From: Eledone cirrhosa
Taxonomy: Eukaryota
Length of the DNA stretch: 64,000 bases
Direction: 5' to 3'
NCBI GenBank assembly: GCA_964016885.1
Contig: OZ024740.1
Span: 109,430,001 to 109,494,000, forward strand
Positions 1-13,897 of the stretch are shown here, one piece after another; positions within the stretch are counted from its first letter, which is position 1, and each line of letters starts with the position of its first letter. The position numbers and the translations under genes were made by a program. The notes beneath the pieces were generated by a model that worked only from the letters and a program-made list of their open reading frames with translations, was not told the origin of the DNA and searched no databases.

Positions 1-1029
1 TTCATGCGCATCACGTGACCATACCAATGTAGCCTTCTCTCGAGTAAACAACATCTGATCCCTCTTATTTCTAATTTTTTCCTTAGTTCACGTATATTAC
101 TATTACACATCCAGCGGAGCATGCAAGCTTCATTCCTCTCTAGTCTGCGTATATCCTCTGCACACAATGCCCAGGTCTCACTGCCATGCAACATTGCTGT
201 TCGTATGCAGGCATCGTACAACCTGCCTTTCATTTTTAGGGAGAACCCTTTAGCGGCTAATAGTGGTATAAGCTCTCTGAACTTTTTCCATCCAGTTCTG
301 ACTCTAGCTACTGTACTTTCAGAGCACCCTCCCCCACTGCTGATTTTGTCACCCAGGTAACGGAAGCTGTCCACTATTTCTATAGAACCCTCTGCGCAAT
401 TGAAAGAGTTAGTATTTTGTGGGCACTTGCTGCTACTTATTGCACCAGAGCACCGGCCACATGTAAAATCTGTGTTCTTAGTTAGCTTACCTGTGATCCC
501 ACTACATCTTTTATGCACCCATACTTCCATTTGGGACATAAAATGGAGTTTCTACCTACGCCTTTCCTACACACTGAGCATGGCCATTTCCCGGAGGGGA
601 CTGGCGCCTTATTTTCTTTCCTACAAACTAGAACTTTAGTCTTAGCCAGGTTAATTTTAAGGCCTTTTGATTCTAGGCCATGCTTCCATGTTTGGAATTT
701 CTTCTCTAGCTCGGCCATTGATTCAGCTATGAGCGTTAGATCATCTGCGTATAGGAGTTCCCATGGGAAGCCGGTCTTGAACTCCTCTGTTATAGCCTGA
801 AGGGCAATAATAAATAGTAGGGGGGCTAAGAACAGAGCCCTGATGGACACCAACTTTTACACTAAACTCTTCACTATATTCGTTGTTAATTCTAACCTTG
901 CTGACTGTTTCTTTATACATGGCTTGTATGGCTCTCGCAAGCCATTCGTCAACACCTAGTTTTCTAAGAGCCCACCAGATAATGGAACGGGGGACTCTGT
1001 CGAAGGCTTTCTCCAAGTCGACAAAAGCT
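1..1029 (-). mobile_element. RTE-clade LINE fragment (RT motifs to C-terminal region), frameshifted, 5'-truncated into a TA/TG microsatellite; runs off window start
   Basis: Minus-strand translation gives AFVDLEKAFDRVP, GVHQGSVLSP, LLYADD, KTKVL; near-identical to the 21850-22900 part of the copy at 20035. Confidence 0.93.
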
Positions 1030-1333
1030 ATATGTGTATATGTGTATATATGTGTGTATATGTGTATATATGTGTGTATATGTGTGTATATGTGTGTATA
1101 TGTGTGTATATGTGTGTATATGTGTATATATGTGTGTATATTTGTGTATATGCGTATATATGTGTGTATATATATATGTTTATGTGTGTATGTGTATATG
1201 TATGTGTATGTGTATATATATATATATGTATGTGTGTATGTGTATATATATATATATGTATGTGTGTATGTGTATATATATATATGTGTGTATATATATA
1301 TGTGTGTGTGTGTGTGTGTACATATATATGTAT
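1030..1333. repeat. (TATGTG/TA/TG)n compound microsatellite
   Basis: Directly visible. Confidence 0.95.
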
Positions 1334-1411
1334 GAAGAGATGCTGTGCTGAATAGGACCCGTCCCAACCTTGCAAGTAGGGAAAAGCGGACATAAAATGA
1401 TGATGCGTGTG

Positions 1412-1445
<34 letters not shown>

Positions 1446-1512
1446 CTCTGGCATACACTGAGGGACACAGGCGTACACACATATATGTATCATCATTATT
1501 TTATGTCTGGTG

Positions 1513-1694
1513 GATATCATTTTAAGGGCAGTGGATTGGCAGTATCGGTAGAGGGTCGGACGCCATGCTTTCCAGCATAGTTACGTCCCTTTACGATCCG
1601 AGTTCAAATACCGCCGAGGTTGACACGGGGTCGATAAAATAAAGTACCAGTAATGCAGTGGGTAATTGCTGGCCTTGTGCCTAAAGTAGAAACA
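1513..1694 (+). mobile_element. tRNA-head SINE (family A) with 18-bp target-site duplication
   Basis: A-box-like TGGCAGTATCGG, B-box GAGTTCAAATACC, core GGGGTCGATAAAATAAAGTACCAGT, (ATT)n end; flanked by ATTATTTTATGTCTGGTG at 1495-1512 and 1695-1712; many copies in window. Confidence 0.8.
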
Positions 1695-1777
1695 ATTATT
1701 TTATGTCTGGTGTCCATGCTGGGTTAGATAGGGTATCACAATCCAAGAGAAGGTATTGTCAGATATCAATGTCTTGC

Positions 1778-2207
1778 TCATCATCGTTTAACGTCTATCT
1801 TCCACGCTTGCATGGGTTTAGACGGGAATTGTCCCACTTGAGGCAAGAGTGATTGTCTTGATTGCATAGGACTGTCTGGCAGGTTTTCTATGGCTGGATG
1901 CCCTTCCTAACACCAACCACGTTTACAGTATGGACTGGGAGGTTTTTACCATGTTACCTACACGGCCACATTACAGCGTGGACCGTGTGTGTTTTTTTGT
2001 TGTGACACCTACACGACCTCATTTATTCAGGACTGGATGTAGCGGTACCAACATAACTTTACAGCGAAAGGGGTGTTGTAGAAAGGGTTTGGGGATGGGT
2101 ATATTTTGGTTAAGAGGTGCCTACTGACTGTAGGTTTCGCTTTGTACTTAGGCAAGGCGGGTTTTCTGTATTACTACGTAACGCCAAAGATATCAGTCCA
2201 GTGACAT
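1778..2207 (-). mobile_element. RTE LINE 3' end (3' UTR and last codons)
   Basis: Reverse complement matches the 3' UTR of the 20035 copy and ends in (GAT)n. Confidence 0.85.
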
Positions 2208-2413
2208 TGTCTTTATTTTCCATATTTTGACAGCATTTCTGCAGGTGGATTCCCTTTCTAATGCCAACCACTTTACTGAATGTACTAAATGGCACTATCA
2301 CTACCACTTTACAGAGTGTACTACGTGCATTCTATATTGCAGAATCAGTTTGGGAAAGGTTGTCATATGCTTAGCCTGACTTAAGAGATCTCTCTCTACC
2401 ATATACTGTCCAT

Positions 2414-2625
2414 TTAACCCTTTAGCATTTACACTTTTCTATATGGTAAAGGCTTTATATCACATGATATCTCACATAATATTGTATCTGAGATTTTGAT
2501 ATTTATTTTGTGACCAATACCTTAACATCTATATGAGCTAGTTATGGCTAGTTACGGCTAGTTACGGCCAGTTTGAACAGAAGGAACTAGGAGAATTCTG
2601 GCTGGTTTAAATGCCAAAGGGTTAA
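2414..2625. mobile_element. piggyBac-type MITE
   Basis: TTAA-CCCTTTAGCATTT ... AAATGCCAAAGGG-TTAA terminal inverted repeats with TTAA TSDs; related copy at 35196-35414. Confidence 0.75.
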
Positions 2626-2876
2626 TAATCAACCAGTTTACAGTGTGTACTGGGTGCATTTTATCATGCCACCAACGTTAGAGAGGTTGTCAAGCCTTCT
2701 TTATCCTATGTTGATTTCTTTTGTTCATCTGCCTCTGATTTTTTACCATAATTACAATTAGCATCAATATGTGCTTGTATCAATGGGGGTGTTCTTTTTA
2801 AGTATGGAGAGTCATCAGTTATCATGCTCCTCTTTCTCTGTGTGTTTAACATTAATAAATATATACATATGTATAT

Positions 2877-3463
2877 CGCATGAAAGACGACAGCTGTATA
2901 AAAAAGTGCAGGGCGATCAAAATAGACGGTAGCCACGGAGTAGGCAGACCCAGAAAAACCTGGGACGACTTGATAAATTCCGACCTCACACACACCTCTC
3001 CAAGACAATGTCACTGGACCGAGATCTTTGGCGCTACGCAGTAATACAGAAGACCCGCCTTGCCTAAGTGCAAAGCGAAACCTACAGTCAGTAGGCACCT
3101 CTTAACCAAAATACCCCCCCCCCCCCCCCCCGTCCCACTACCCCCACCCCATCCACACCACCCCTTTCGATGTAAAGTTATGTTGGTACCACAACATCCA
3201 GTCCTAAATAAATGAGGTCGTGTAGGTGTCACAACAAAAATAAAAACACACGGTCCACGCTGTAATGTGGCCGTGTAGGTAACATGGTAAAAACCTCCCA
3301 GTCCACACTGTAAACGTGGTTGGTGCTAGGAAGGGCATCCAGCCATAGAAAACCCACCAGACAGTCCTATACAAGCAGGACAACCAATCTTGCTTCAAGT
3401 GGGAAAATTCCCGTCCAAACCCATGCAAGCGTGGAAGATGGACGTTAAACGATGATGATGATG
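2877..3463 (+). mobile_element. RTE LINE 3' fragment (ORF end, 3' UTR, (GAT)n tail)
   Basis: Encodes [29 protein letters not shown]; UTR contains GGTGCTAGGAAGGGCATCCAGC; tail GATGATGAT. Confidence 0.9.
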
Positions 3464-3611
3464 ACACACACACAAAAATCGCCACAAGCATGGCTATGGG
3501 TTAAGAAATTTGTTACACAACCATGGGGCATTCATGGGAGCTGCTGAGGCTACAGCCCACCCTATGTATGGAAGATGGACGTTAAACGATGATGATGATG
3601 ATCTATACATA

Positions 3612-3860
3612 TGTGCCATGACAAAAAGCGCCCAGCCCACACTGTGAAGTGGTCGTGTTAGTGACACAGCAAAAAACGCCCAGTCCACACTGTAAATGAG
3701 GTTGGTGTTAGGAAAGGACATCCAGCCATGGAAACAAAGCCAGAATCAGCTCTGTATGAGCAAGATATGGTCATCTGATCTGGCTTGTCTCACAACAGGA
3801 CAATTTGTCATCCATGCTAGTGTGGAAAGACAGAGGTTAAATGGTGATGATGATGATGAT
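3612..3860 (+). mobile_element. Diverged RTE/SINE 3' tail
   Basis: GGTGTTAGGAAAGGACATCCAGCC motif followed by (GAT)n. Confidence 0.65.
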
Positions 3861-6084
3861 CAGTTCACAACAATGGCAAATTCAAAACACAGCATTAGGC
3901 AAATACTTCTCTCTCTCTGTTTATTATAAAAGGTAAGAGAGATGGTATCATGTATACTTTTTCATTTTATTACATCATTCTCTTACGTACATTTCAAAGA
4001 CATCAAAGTTGTGGTGGAACAATTATTTGATGTGTTGTCATCAGACAAGTATTTAGGTGTAATGTTATTTTGCTTTTTGTTATGCTCGCCATAGTATGGA
4101 ACTTGATGTTAGCAATCCGACTACACACACATGCACATGTACGCGTGTGTGTGTGTGTGTATATATATATAAGGGTTTAGAATGATATCCAAGTGATTTT
4201 GATCTCATTGTTTACAATTTGTTCAACAAATTCCTTTGGAGCACAGGCATAGGATTAATTGTAATACAACATTCCCGGCCAGAAGCTTAAGCTATGAAAA
4301 CTATCTAATTATTGTATTGACAGATTAACATATAAGTATAAAGGGCAGTGTGCTCAAGTGCAGAGATGCTATAGAAATAGCTTATAAAATAGGAAGATAT
4401 ATATATATATACATATGGTAAACATGTTGACTAACTAGGGTTGCATATATGCACCAATCAATGAATAATGATGCAATTCGATTTAAGCACTCAACATCAT
4501 GTATTTTCTTTGAAATATTTGTCAGTCACTGATGTAATATATGTAGAATAAGGAAAATAGTTCAATCAATCATACAACCAGTCATGCAATATCACCTGAC
4601 AGCATCTTATGTAATAAGGTTTTGAAGCAATACAATCTAAGGACAAAGGAACTGTAAGATGCTGTCTGATGATATTGTGTGACTGGTTGTATGATTGAAC
4701 AATCAGAGAGCCATGATTGGCATTGAAATATGTATCATAGCTTTGTTACTAAAGGACTTAACATCTAAACAAAACTTCGCATTTTCGCTATTCTCTCTCT
4801 CTCTCCACACACTTTTTCTCAAACCACTTAGTTACGAGTCATAATTATAGTCAGCACCGTAAACACAGTTATGAACACACACATTCATACATATATATAT
4901 ACACATATACAACAGGCTTCTGCACTTTCTGTCTCCCAGATTTCACTCACAAGGCATCAAACTCAGGCTCTAGTAGATACTAGCCAACTGGGACTGAACC
5001 CCAAACGAAGTGGTTATGAAGTGAACTCCTTAACTATGCAACCATGCCTGTACCTACCTACCTACCTACATACATAACACTTCTGTTTTATTTCTATATT
5101 TTTATTTATTTATCTGTAAAGACCTCATCTGATATAAACAATTCCCAGGTTGGGTTTCCTGTACTGTTAATTCAAACAAACAACTTTTAAGTCACTTTGA
5201 TCTTCAACAAATATTTTCTTCCTGATAAAAATAGATATGAATATAGAAAACGTTTATAACAGTAGCAGAATTAATTCTCAGCTCAAATCTATTTAATTTG
5301 TTTGAAATTAAGGAAAAAATATTTCCCCATCTTACACCATCATCATCATCATCATCATTTTATGCCTGCTATTCCACACTTGCATGGGTTGGACGGGTCT
5401 TTTTTAGCTCAGCATCTCTCCACTTGTCTCGTTCCTTTGTCATCTTCTTTGTGAGTTTTGGCAATTTAAGATCAGCTCTCACCACCTCTGCCTCTGCTTC
5501 ATTCCACTTGGATTTCTTGGCACTTCTTCATCTTGTGATCATCATTCATGCATATCACATGTTCATAGCAATGCAGTCTTCTGTCTTGCACATTACATTT
5601 GATTCCTCTTATACTCAGTTTCTCTCTCATACATATATACATACATATATGTATGCGCATATGTATACGTATATATATATTATGTATATGTATGTATACA
5701 TATATTCATTATCATCATTGTTTTTACATCCGTTTCTCCATGCATGCATGGGTTGGACATTTATCCATATATTAATATTATATATGTGTGTATAATATGG
5801 ATTTACAATAAGAATGAATATCATGTTTATGTAGAAAAATGAAAAAGATACAATACATAATGAAATCTGAGAATGAAACCAGTTTATATTTCATGTCTAT
5901 TCTTAGTAACCACCACCACCACCACTACTACTACTACTTAAAATAACACCAACATAGTAATAACTATGATCTCTTTTATTGTGCACACAAGTACAAGATG
6001 TAGGGGACATTCCAAAGTAAGGCTTACATTAAGTAAAGAGAGGGGGATATCATCATCACCATCATGAACAAAAACAACAGAAAT

Positions 6085-6220
6085 AATAATAATAATAATT
6101 GTTTCTACTTTAGGCACAAGGCCAGCAATTACCCAGTGCATTACTGGTACTTTATTTTATCGACCGCGTAAGGATGAAAAGCAAAGTCAACCTCGGCGGG
6201 ATTTGAACTCAGATCGTAAA
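6085..6220 (-). mobile_element. SINE family A, 5'-truncated
   Basis: Reverse complement of B-box, core and CCTAAAGTAGAAACAATTATT end. Confidence 0.75.
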
Positions 6221-6479
6221 TAATAATAGTAGTAATGATTTTTTTATTAGCCTCAAGGGCCTGCACAATAATATCAATAATACGTTATCTAAAATATTGA
6301 CTCCTTGTATTGCAAAACACACAAAACACCCCACAAAAACTCTACTTGAAACCAATATCAAATTTGCCATCCACCATATCATTACATACAGCTTGAGGTG
6401 GAATTGCAGGTGGGGAATAAATATAAAGTTAGCTAGCTTTCCATTGTTGTTGAAGAGCATAAAACAATTTAACAATCTT

Positions 6480-6533
<54 letters not shown>

Positions 6534-6620
6534 GTATCTATGTATGTATCTGTATGTATATAAATGATTGTGTGTATGTATATATATATATGATTGTGTG
6601 TATGTATATATATCTATGTA

Positions 6621-6651
<31 letters not shown>

Positions 6652-7111
6652 GTTTACACACACACACACATATGGATATGGCTAGTTTCCAGAGCAAAAA
6701 GCAGATTGATTTATCCTTTGAACATTGGCAGATAATAAATAATAATAAGACATGGTTCCAGGCAGGCAAAGCTATTCTGGTTTTTGCTTATTGATTTGTG
6801 GCTTTTTTTTTTCAATGAAATCAAAAACATCATGAAAACATTTTACACAGAAAACAAGGTTTTCAGATACAGAAACACAAGAACAAGAATCTTGGAGTTA
6901 AAAGAAGACAGAAATTAATTTAAATAGCATAGAAATCTAGGACAAAGTCTTGTGACTTTGGTTTTTAACCTTTGTTTCCTTTCTTCCTATCTTGTGAAAT
7001 GTGTAATGTGAGCCTCTGATATGGCACAAACATGTTCTGATTATTTACATCACACTGTCGATATTTTATAACTTCTTCTGTGTTAGGACCTGATAAATTT
7101 CTTCACTTCTT

Positions 7112-7470
<359 letters not shown>

Positions 7471-8759
7471 ATGACCGTAGGTATGTATGTACATATGTAT
7501 GTATGTATTATCATTTAATGCCTATCTTTCCACACTTGCATGGGTTAGACTGAATCTCAGGTCTGGAGACCACATTATGATCATACAGATCTGTCTTTTG
7601 GCTTGGTTTCTACAGCTGGATACCCTACCTAACACCAACCACGTTAGGGTGGAATATGCACACACGTGCGCATGCACGCACGCACGCAGTGTTGCTGATG
7701 CCTAAAGCTGTATTTATATCTTTCTTCAGGTTTGTAATTGGACGTAGAAAGTTGTTACTACAGATAGTCATAGAGGATCATAGAAATAATTGTTAAAGCA
7801 TGGAATAAAAAGTGTTGTAGTCTGTATTTGTTCTAACTCCTGGTGATCTGAGTTCAAGTCTATATGATGACTACTCTGTGGTTGATAAAATAAAGTACCA
7901 GTCCAGGGCAGTGAATTGGTAGAACTACTAGGGTTTGATGAGATGCTTTTCTCCGGATTCTTTGAGTTTTCACTAAAATCCCCATTATGTCCTATTTAGG
8001 TGGTAAACTTAATTCATCATCACTATTTAGCCCTTGGGTGCCTTTAGTGAAGTCCACTCTGTTGTAAGCATTTGAATCAAATCTTCAGTTCGAGAACACC
8101 TTCCTTCCTTCCTCCCACTCACCAGTATAGGATGTCCTGAAAACCATGAAGTGCACTAACTTCCCTCTCTGACTAAACACTAAAAACAAACAAAACAATA
8201 GAATCAGTGTAGCTTTGTGTTTGGGGTGTTTGAGTCACGATCATAATGTCCTGGTTTCAATTTCTGAACTGGATGGTACATGAGAGCGTCATCTAGTGGT
8301 TAGGATGTTGGAATAGGAATCATAAAGTTGTGTATTTGATTTCTTGATTGGGTGGCACATGAGATGGCGCATTGCCTAGTGGTTAGGATATTGGAGTAAC
8401 AAATATAAGGAGTGTTAATTTGATTCCTGGACTGGGTGGCACATAGTGTTCATGAGCAAGAGACTACATTTCCTGTTGCCTTTCATGATAGGACAGAGGT
8501 CCCTATCATTAAAATGCCAACGAAATCTCCCATGAGATGCTACCTTATAGGAAGCCAGCAGCTAAACTATCACCAAGAGAATATTAAATTGAGGGAAATT
8601 CTCCAGCATTATATGTCTGTGTGTGTGGGGGGACTTTATATGATTGACAGATAGCAACTGAAGACTACAAAATATTGACTCAACAAGAGATTCTCTAAAC
8701 TGTTAATTGGTTTGCTTGAAATAGTAGCAAAATATCTTTCAAATCTTACTATGGTATCT

Positions 8760-8992
8760 TTAATCCTTTTGTTACCATATTTCAAATGAAAGTCTCTGCC
8801 ATTGATTTTCAAATAATTTTGAAAATAATCAAGAATTTGCTAGGATTTAGTAATATAACTTTCTCATTATTCATCTCTTTGGAACTTACAAACTCTTTAT
8901 ATGGAATTATGATGGAAGATTCTTTGATAAATATAATGCTTTGTATCATAGAACCAGGACAGTTTCAGGCAGATTGCTATCAAAAGGATTAA
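8760..8992. mobile_element. TTAA-flanked MITE (piggyBac-type, second family)
   Basis: TTAA-TCCTTTTGTTACC ... TATCAAAAGGA-TTAA; related copies at about 35018-35473, 53274-53519 and 59760-59980. Confidence 0.65.
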
Positions 8993-9065
8993 AGATGGTT
9001 GGACACAAAGTCTGCTGAAGATGGCTGAGTCTAAATTACTGGAAACTAGTATGAAATCATAACGG

Positions 9066-9345
9066 ATCATCATCATCATTTTACGTCCGCTTTTCCCTGC
9101 TTGCAAGGGTGGGATGGGAACTGATTCTGGCTTGAATTCTACAGCTGGATGCCCTTCCTAACACCAACCTCATTTACAGTGAGTGCTGGGTGCTTTTTTG
9201 CTGTGGCACCTCCACGACCACTTTGCAATGGAATGATAAGGACCCCAGTCCCTATCATCTCATTTCTACAGCTGAGTAAACTGGAGCAATGTGAAATAAA
9301 GTGTCTTGCTCAAGGAAACAACCCATCACCCGGTCTGAGAATTGA
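9066..9345 (-). mobile_element. SINE family B (tRNA head, core, RTE-derived tail), truncated at B box
   Basis: Reverse complement is near-identical to the 44440-44788 SINE. Confidence 0.85.
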
Positions 9346-9354
9346 ATATATATA

Positions 9355-9585
9355 TATTTGTTTTGCGAGGTTTTTGATATGAAATCGTGTGTCGAAACAA
9401 ATATTGTTATACTTGGGGAGGGTCATATTGTTGTAATAATATTGCCAGAATTAATAACAGAACACACTCACTGTTTGGTTGGTTTTCGCTTCTGTATCTT
9501 TTATATCAGTTAATTTACTCAGCCCCCAATGTTCTGTTATTAATTCTGGCAATATTATTACAATAATATGACCCTCCCCAAGTAT

Positions 9586-9593
<8 letters not shown>
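9355..9593. mobile_element. Short inverted insertion of the PLE-pLTR/retrozyme-like family seen at 23606-24327
   Basis: 64-bp arms 9401-9464 and 9530-9593; shares GAAATCGTGTG..GAAAC..ATATTGTTATACTT.GGGAGGGTCAT with the 23.6 kb copy; TA tracts on both sides. Confidence 0.7.
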
Positions 9594-9625
<32 letters not shown>

Positions 9626-10339
9626 GCACACACACACACACACACGCACAGATCTGGTTCAAACATGGGTTTTAGTTGTATAGAGGGGCTATCATCTTTG
9701 TTTAATGTCCATCTTCCACGCTAGCATGGATATATTTATTAAATGTACACATGTAAGCTTATTTATATTTTGTGTGTGCGTGTGTGTGTGTGTGTGTGTG
9801 TGAGAGTGAGTGGCAGTGCACATGTTGAGAAGTAAGCAAAAATACACATACATATTGAGACAAAGAAACATTTGCATATACACACATGCATACACACACT
9901 CACAAATTCCCACATTCCCATGCCCACACATACAGATTGTCTCCCCTCCCCTACACACACAGTCCCTCATATCCCTACACATTCCCTCACGCATACACAG
10001 TATGCATGGTAAATGAGAAATTTGGAAGCAATTACAAAGATGATAAATATCTTTATGTTGAGATAAAGTTGGATAATCTAAATTATTAAACATGGTGGTG
10101 GTAGTGTACTGTCTTGTCCAGAGAACTGGCTAATGGTAATATATATTAATGGGTATATTAATATATTATGCTGCTCAGTGTATGTGTGTGTCTGTATGCA
10201 CACCATTTAACGTCAATTGTATATATTACAGAGATTACTTTTTCTTGTTACTCTGAGTTTCATGGGTTGCCAAAGATCATGCAACTGGGAATGATTTCTA
10301 TATGATATTGAGTACATTTTCCTCTTGTTTATAAACCCA

Positions 10340-10409
<70 letters not shown>

Positions 10410-11834
10410 CATCATCATTGTTTTTTACGTCGGTTTTTCCATACTTGAATAGGTTGGACATGTATAACATCATCAGTGTTTAACGTCCATTTTTTCCATG
10501 GTGGCATGGGATAGATGAGTTATCCTATTGTAAGTAATGCCAGGTCAGGTGACCATGTCTTGCTCATTTAGAACTGACTTTGGATTGGTTTCTACAGCTA
10601 GATGTCCTTCCTAATGCCAACCTTATCCTTTTGATGTAAATAAAAAAAATTTTAAAAAGTTACCAGTCCAGGACTAGGCTTGATTCTTTCTCTATATTTC
10701 TTTCTTCCTTCCCCTCATTCTTTCCCTTTCTTTTTCTGGAAGAAATCAGGTGATTCAGACCTGGAGAGGGTTGAGCTCCACTAGGTACATTCTCTACAAC
10801 TCCATGGGGTATTACTAGTCCACAGAGGGATAACTCAAGATCACATGATTGTGAAGCCAACTTTTTAACTCCCCAATTTCACTAACACGGCTTGAGTTGA
10901 CCTAAATGCAAATACACACAGACGTGTGTGTGTGTATATATATATATATCACACTATAAAGTGGTCGTATAGGCATCACAACAAAAAGCACCCAGTCCAC
11001 ACTGAGGTCGGATTTGAACTTAGAGTATAGAGTTAGAATGAATACCAAACAGCATTCTTTCTGATGTTCTAACGATTCTGGGATTGGATATCATGGCAAT
11101 ACATATTGGCCAAGTGTCTTTTTCCATAACATCAAGTCGACCTTGCAAGTGAAATTGTGTAAAGTCAAAAAGCAGGAATACTTTTCTTTCTTTATCCTGT
11201 TTCTTTTTTAGTGGATGTATGCAGTGTATATTCTGGTTTTTAGGAGAGGTACACCATATTCTTGTGCCGTAGTGGCACTCCGTTGGTTACCACAAGTATT
11301 TCTGTTATGATCAACAGAACAGCCTGCTTGTGTACCCTTAACATAGTTCTCAGTAACCACAACTATGTGCCTCTTAAGAGGTGACTAAAAGGTTTGGTAT
11401 CAAGATGGGTATCTGACCATAAAACATTGCCACAGAACATCTTGTCCAACCCATGCCAGCATGGAATAGTGGATGTAAAAACATTGATGAGATCTAAGGT
11501 GAATTGGCAGAATTGTTAAAATCTTAAATAGAATACATTACTGTATTTGTTCTGGTTTCTTCTGCTCAAATCCCACCCAAGTCAACTTTGCTTTTCATTC
11601 TTTAGTTAAAGCAAATAAAGTACGAGTCTAGTATGGGGTCTGTTTCTCCTATGCATTACTCTTTCTCTCTATCTTTCACTAGAAAAAATCAGCTGTGTTC
11701 AGACGAAGAGAGGGATGGGCTCAATCAGGTTCAACCGATCAAAGTACTCCTATGACCAAGTGTTGGGTAGGTAACTGGATGGTATGTGTGTGTGTGTATA
11801 TATATATATATATAGATATATATAGATATAGATA

Positions 11835-12240
11835 GACTGGTTTTTCTGAAAACAAAACCCACTCCTCCCACTGCAGTATTGGTCATGTTCCTCATTGCCA
11901 ATGTGGTGATGAGCTGGCTCATCTTCCCAATAATCAACACTCCTCACGGGCTCATCGTGTAGGATCCTGTGTTCTTGGATCGCAAGTATCTGTATACCAC
12001 TCTCCTCGAACAGATGTCCCAACTCCTCTCTTCTCCAGCGTCCGAATAGTCCTCACATTCAAAGTGCCCATTTTGATGGCTCTTCTGCAGGACAAAACTG
12101 CATTCTTTATATTTGTCTGAGACAGCTGATCCATCATCCACTGGTCCTCCCTGTGGCTCTAAACCAGCAGTCATAACGACCAGACTTCTCCTTGTCAGTG
12201 TAATTAGGGGCTCTAACCCTAGTGCTGTTAGATAGGCTCT
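11835..12240 (-). mobile_element. 5' (APE endonuclease) fragment of a second RTE-like LINE family, frameshifted
   Basis: Translates to KMGTLNVRTI, IQILAIQEHR, GGVGF (APE motifs I-III). Confidence 0.8.
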
Positions 12241-12705
12241 CCATATTTCTTTTCAAAGACCTGAAAATCCGCCTCTTCATTGCTGTAGTGGAGTCTGTGC
12301 TGCTGTACGAGTCTGAGACTTGGACAGTGACCAAGAAACTCACTCAGATGGTGGATGGGTACTACATGAGAATGCTGAGGATGGCTCTGAATATTAATCA
12401 GTATACACTGAGGATGAAAAACTCAGAGCTGTATGGGAGCGTCCCAAAAGTCAGCTCAAAAGTGACAGAGGAGACTGAGGTTAGCTGGACATGCTCACCG
12501 ACATCCAGAGTTGACATTGCACTCAGTGCTCCTGTGGGAGCCCCTGCATGGACACACTGGAAGAGGAAGACCAAGGTTAACGTATGTTGATGCCCTAAGG
12601 ACAGACACTGGTCTGCTGGAGATGCAGGACATGGCAGCGATAATGAGGGACAGAGACTGCTGGAGAGAACTCGTCCATGGATCTCGGGAATTTTACCTGC
12701 TCTAG
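12241..12705 (+). mobile_element. 3' fragment of an RTE/RTEX-like LINE ORF
   Basis: LKIRLFIAVVESVLLYESETWTVT..RMLRMALNI; LWEP..GRGRPRLTY..WRELV. Confidence 0.85.
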
Positions 12706-13499
12706 ATATATATAAAAGAATAAGTATTAACAAGGATTTAAATGAAATCATTTAATTGATTTATGGTCATTTCATTAAAATAACTGGAATATTCCATCAG
12801 TTGTCTACAGAGGTCTCGGATATTTCAATGCTTTAAAGACAATATATCTACCCCAGAGCCTTCAATAACTAGGTAAGTTATTGGGAAAACGGAGGAGAGA
12901 GGGAAGGAGCTCTGTGTGTGTGTATATATATATATGTATTCTGTTTTAGTTTTATTGATTATAGTCATTAGACTGCAGGTGGAGGTTAGTATAGTAGAGC
13001 ATACACACGCACATATGTATACATATATATATATATATATAATACACATATACACATACATATGTATGCATTTTTGTTTATAAAATATCTGTATGCATGA
13101 CAGTCTCCACTGCCACCATGAACACACCAACAAGCCTACTATGACTCCCCACTACCAACATCATTATTATATTATTATACAGGGATGGGTGAGGCTATAG
13201 AGCTCACCCACCAACCCACCCCACTCACAGTATTTATTATTCAGTTTACAGTTTACCCATGTTGATACAATCTATCAGTGTCCTCGTTAATATTTAAACC
13301 ACCTTCATCATCATCAGTGATGATAATGATGTCGATAATGATATGGGGACATCATGAATCATATCAGACATGATGAATATCTTCATGGCAAATACATAGG
13401 AAGGGAATTACTTACATATATACTGAGAGCAGAAAAACTTTATCTAGATTCGTATAGCTATGTCTGTGTGTGTGTATGGTGTATATATGTTTGCATATG

Positions 13500-13539
<40 letters not shown>

Positions 13540-13732
13540 TATCATCATCGTTTATGTCTATTTTCCATGTTAGCATGGGTTAGAGAAGTTTGTCCCATTT
13601 GAGGCAAGTTGGGTTGGGTGACTGTGTCTTGCTCATATAGGACTTTCTGGCTGGTTTTCTATGGCTGGATATATGTGTATCAAATGAAACCGTTCTATTC
13701 CTATAGAAGCCATTTCTTTATATATATATATA

Positions 13733-13897
13733 TATCATCTTCCGTATTCCCAATCTTTGCTCCCAAATACAGGAAGCCCTCAACCAATTCTAGCGGCTTC
13801 CCGCCTACATTAGTGATCCCCTCTGGCTTCTCAACATTCTCTACCAGATATTTTGTTTTAGTCTCATTCATTCTCAGCCCCACACTCATCGACACAA
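13733..13897 (-). mobile_element. Internal RT fragment of an RTE/RTEX-like LINE
   Basis: VGLRMNETKTKYL ... FLYLG (RT motifs 6-7). Confidence 0.75.

Noticed and set aside
10660-10860. Possible minus-strand host exon
   Set aside because: Donor-like site present but no recognisable protein motif or convincing acceptor.
12770-12812. Minus-strand CTGATGG...GAAA hammerhead-like motif
   Set aside because: Core mismatch and no convincing stems I and III.
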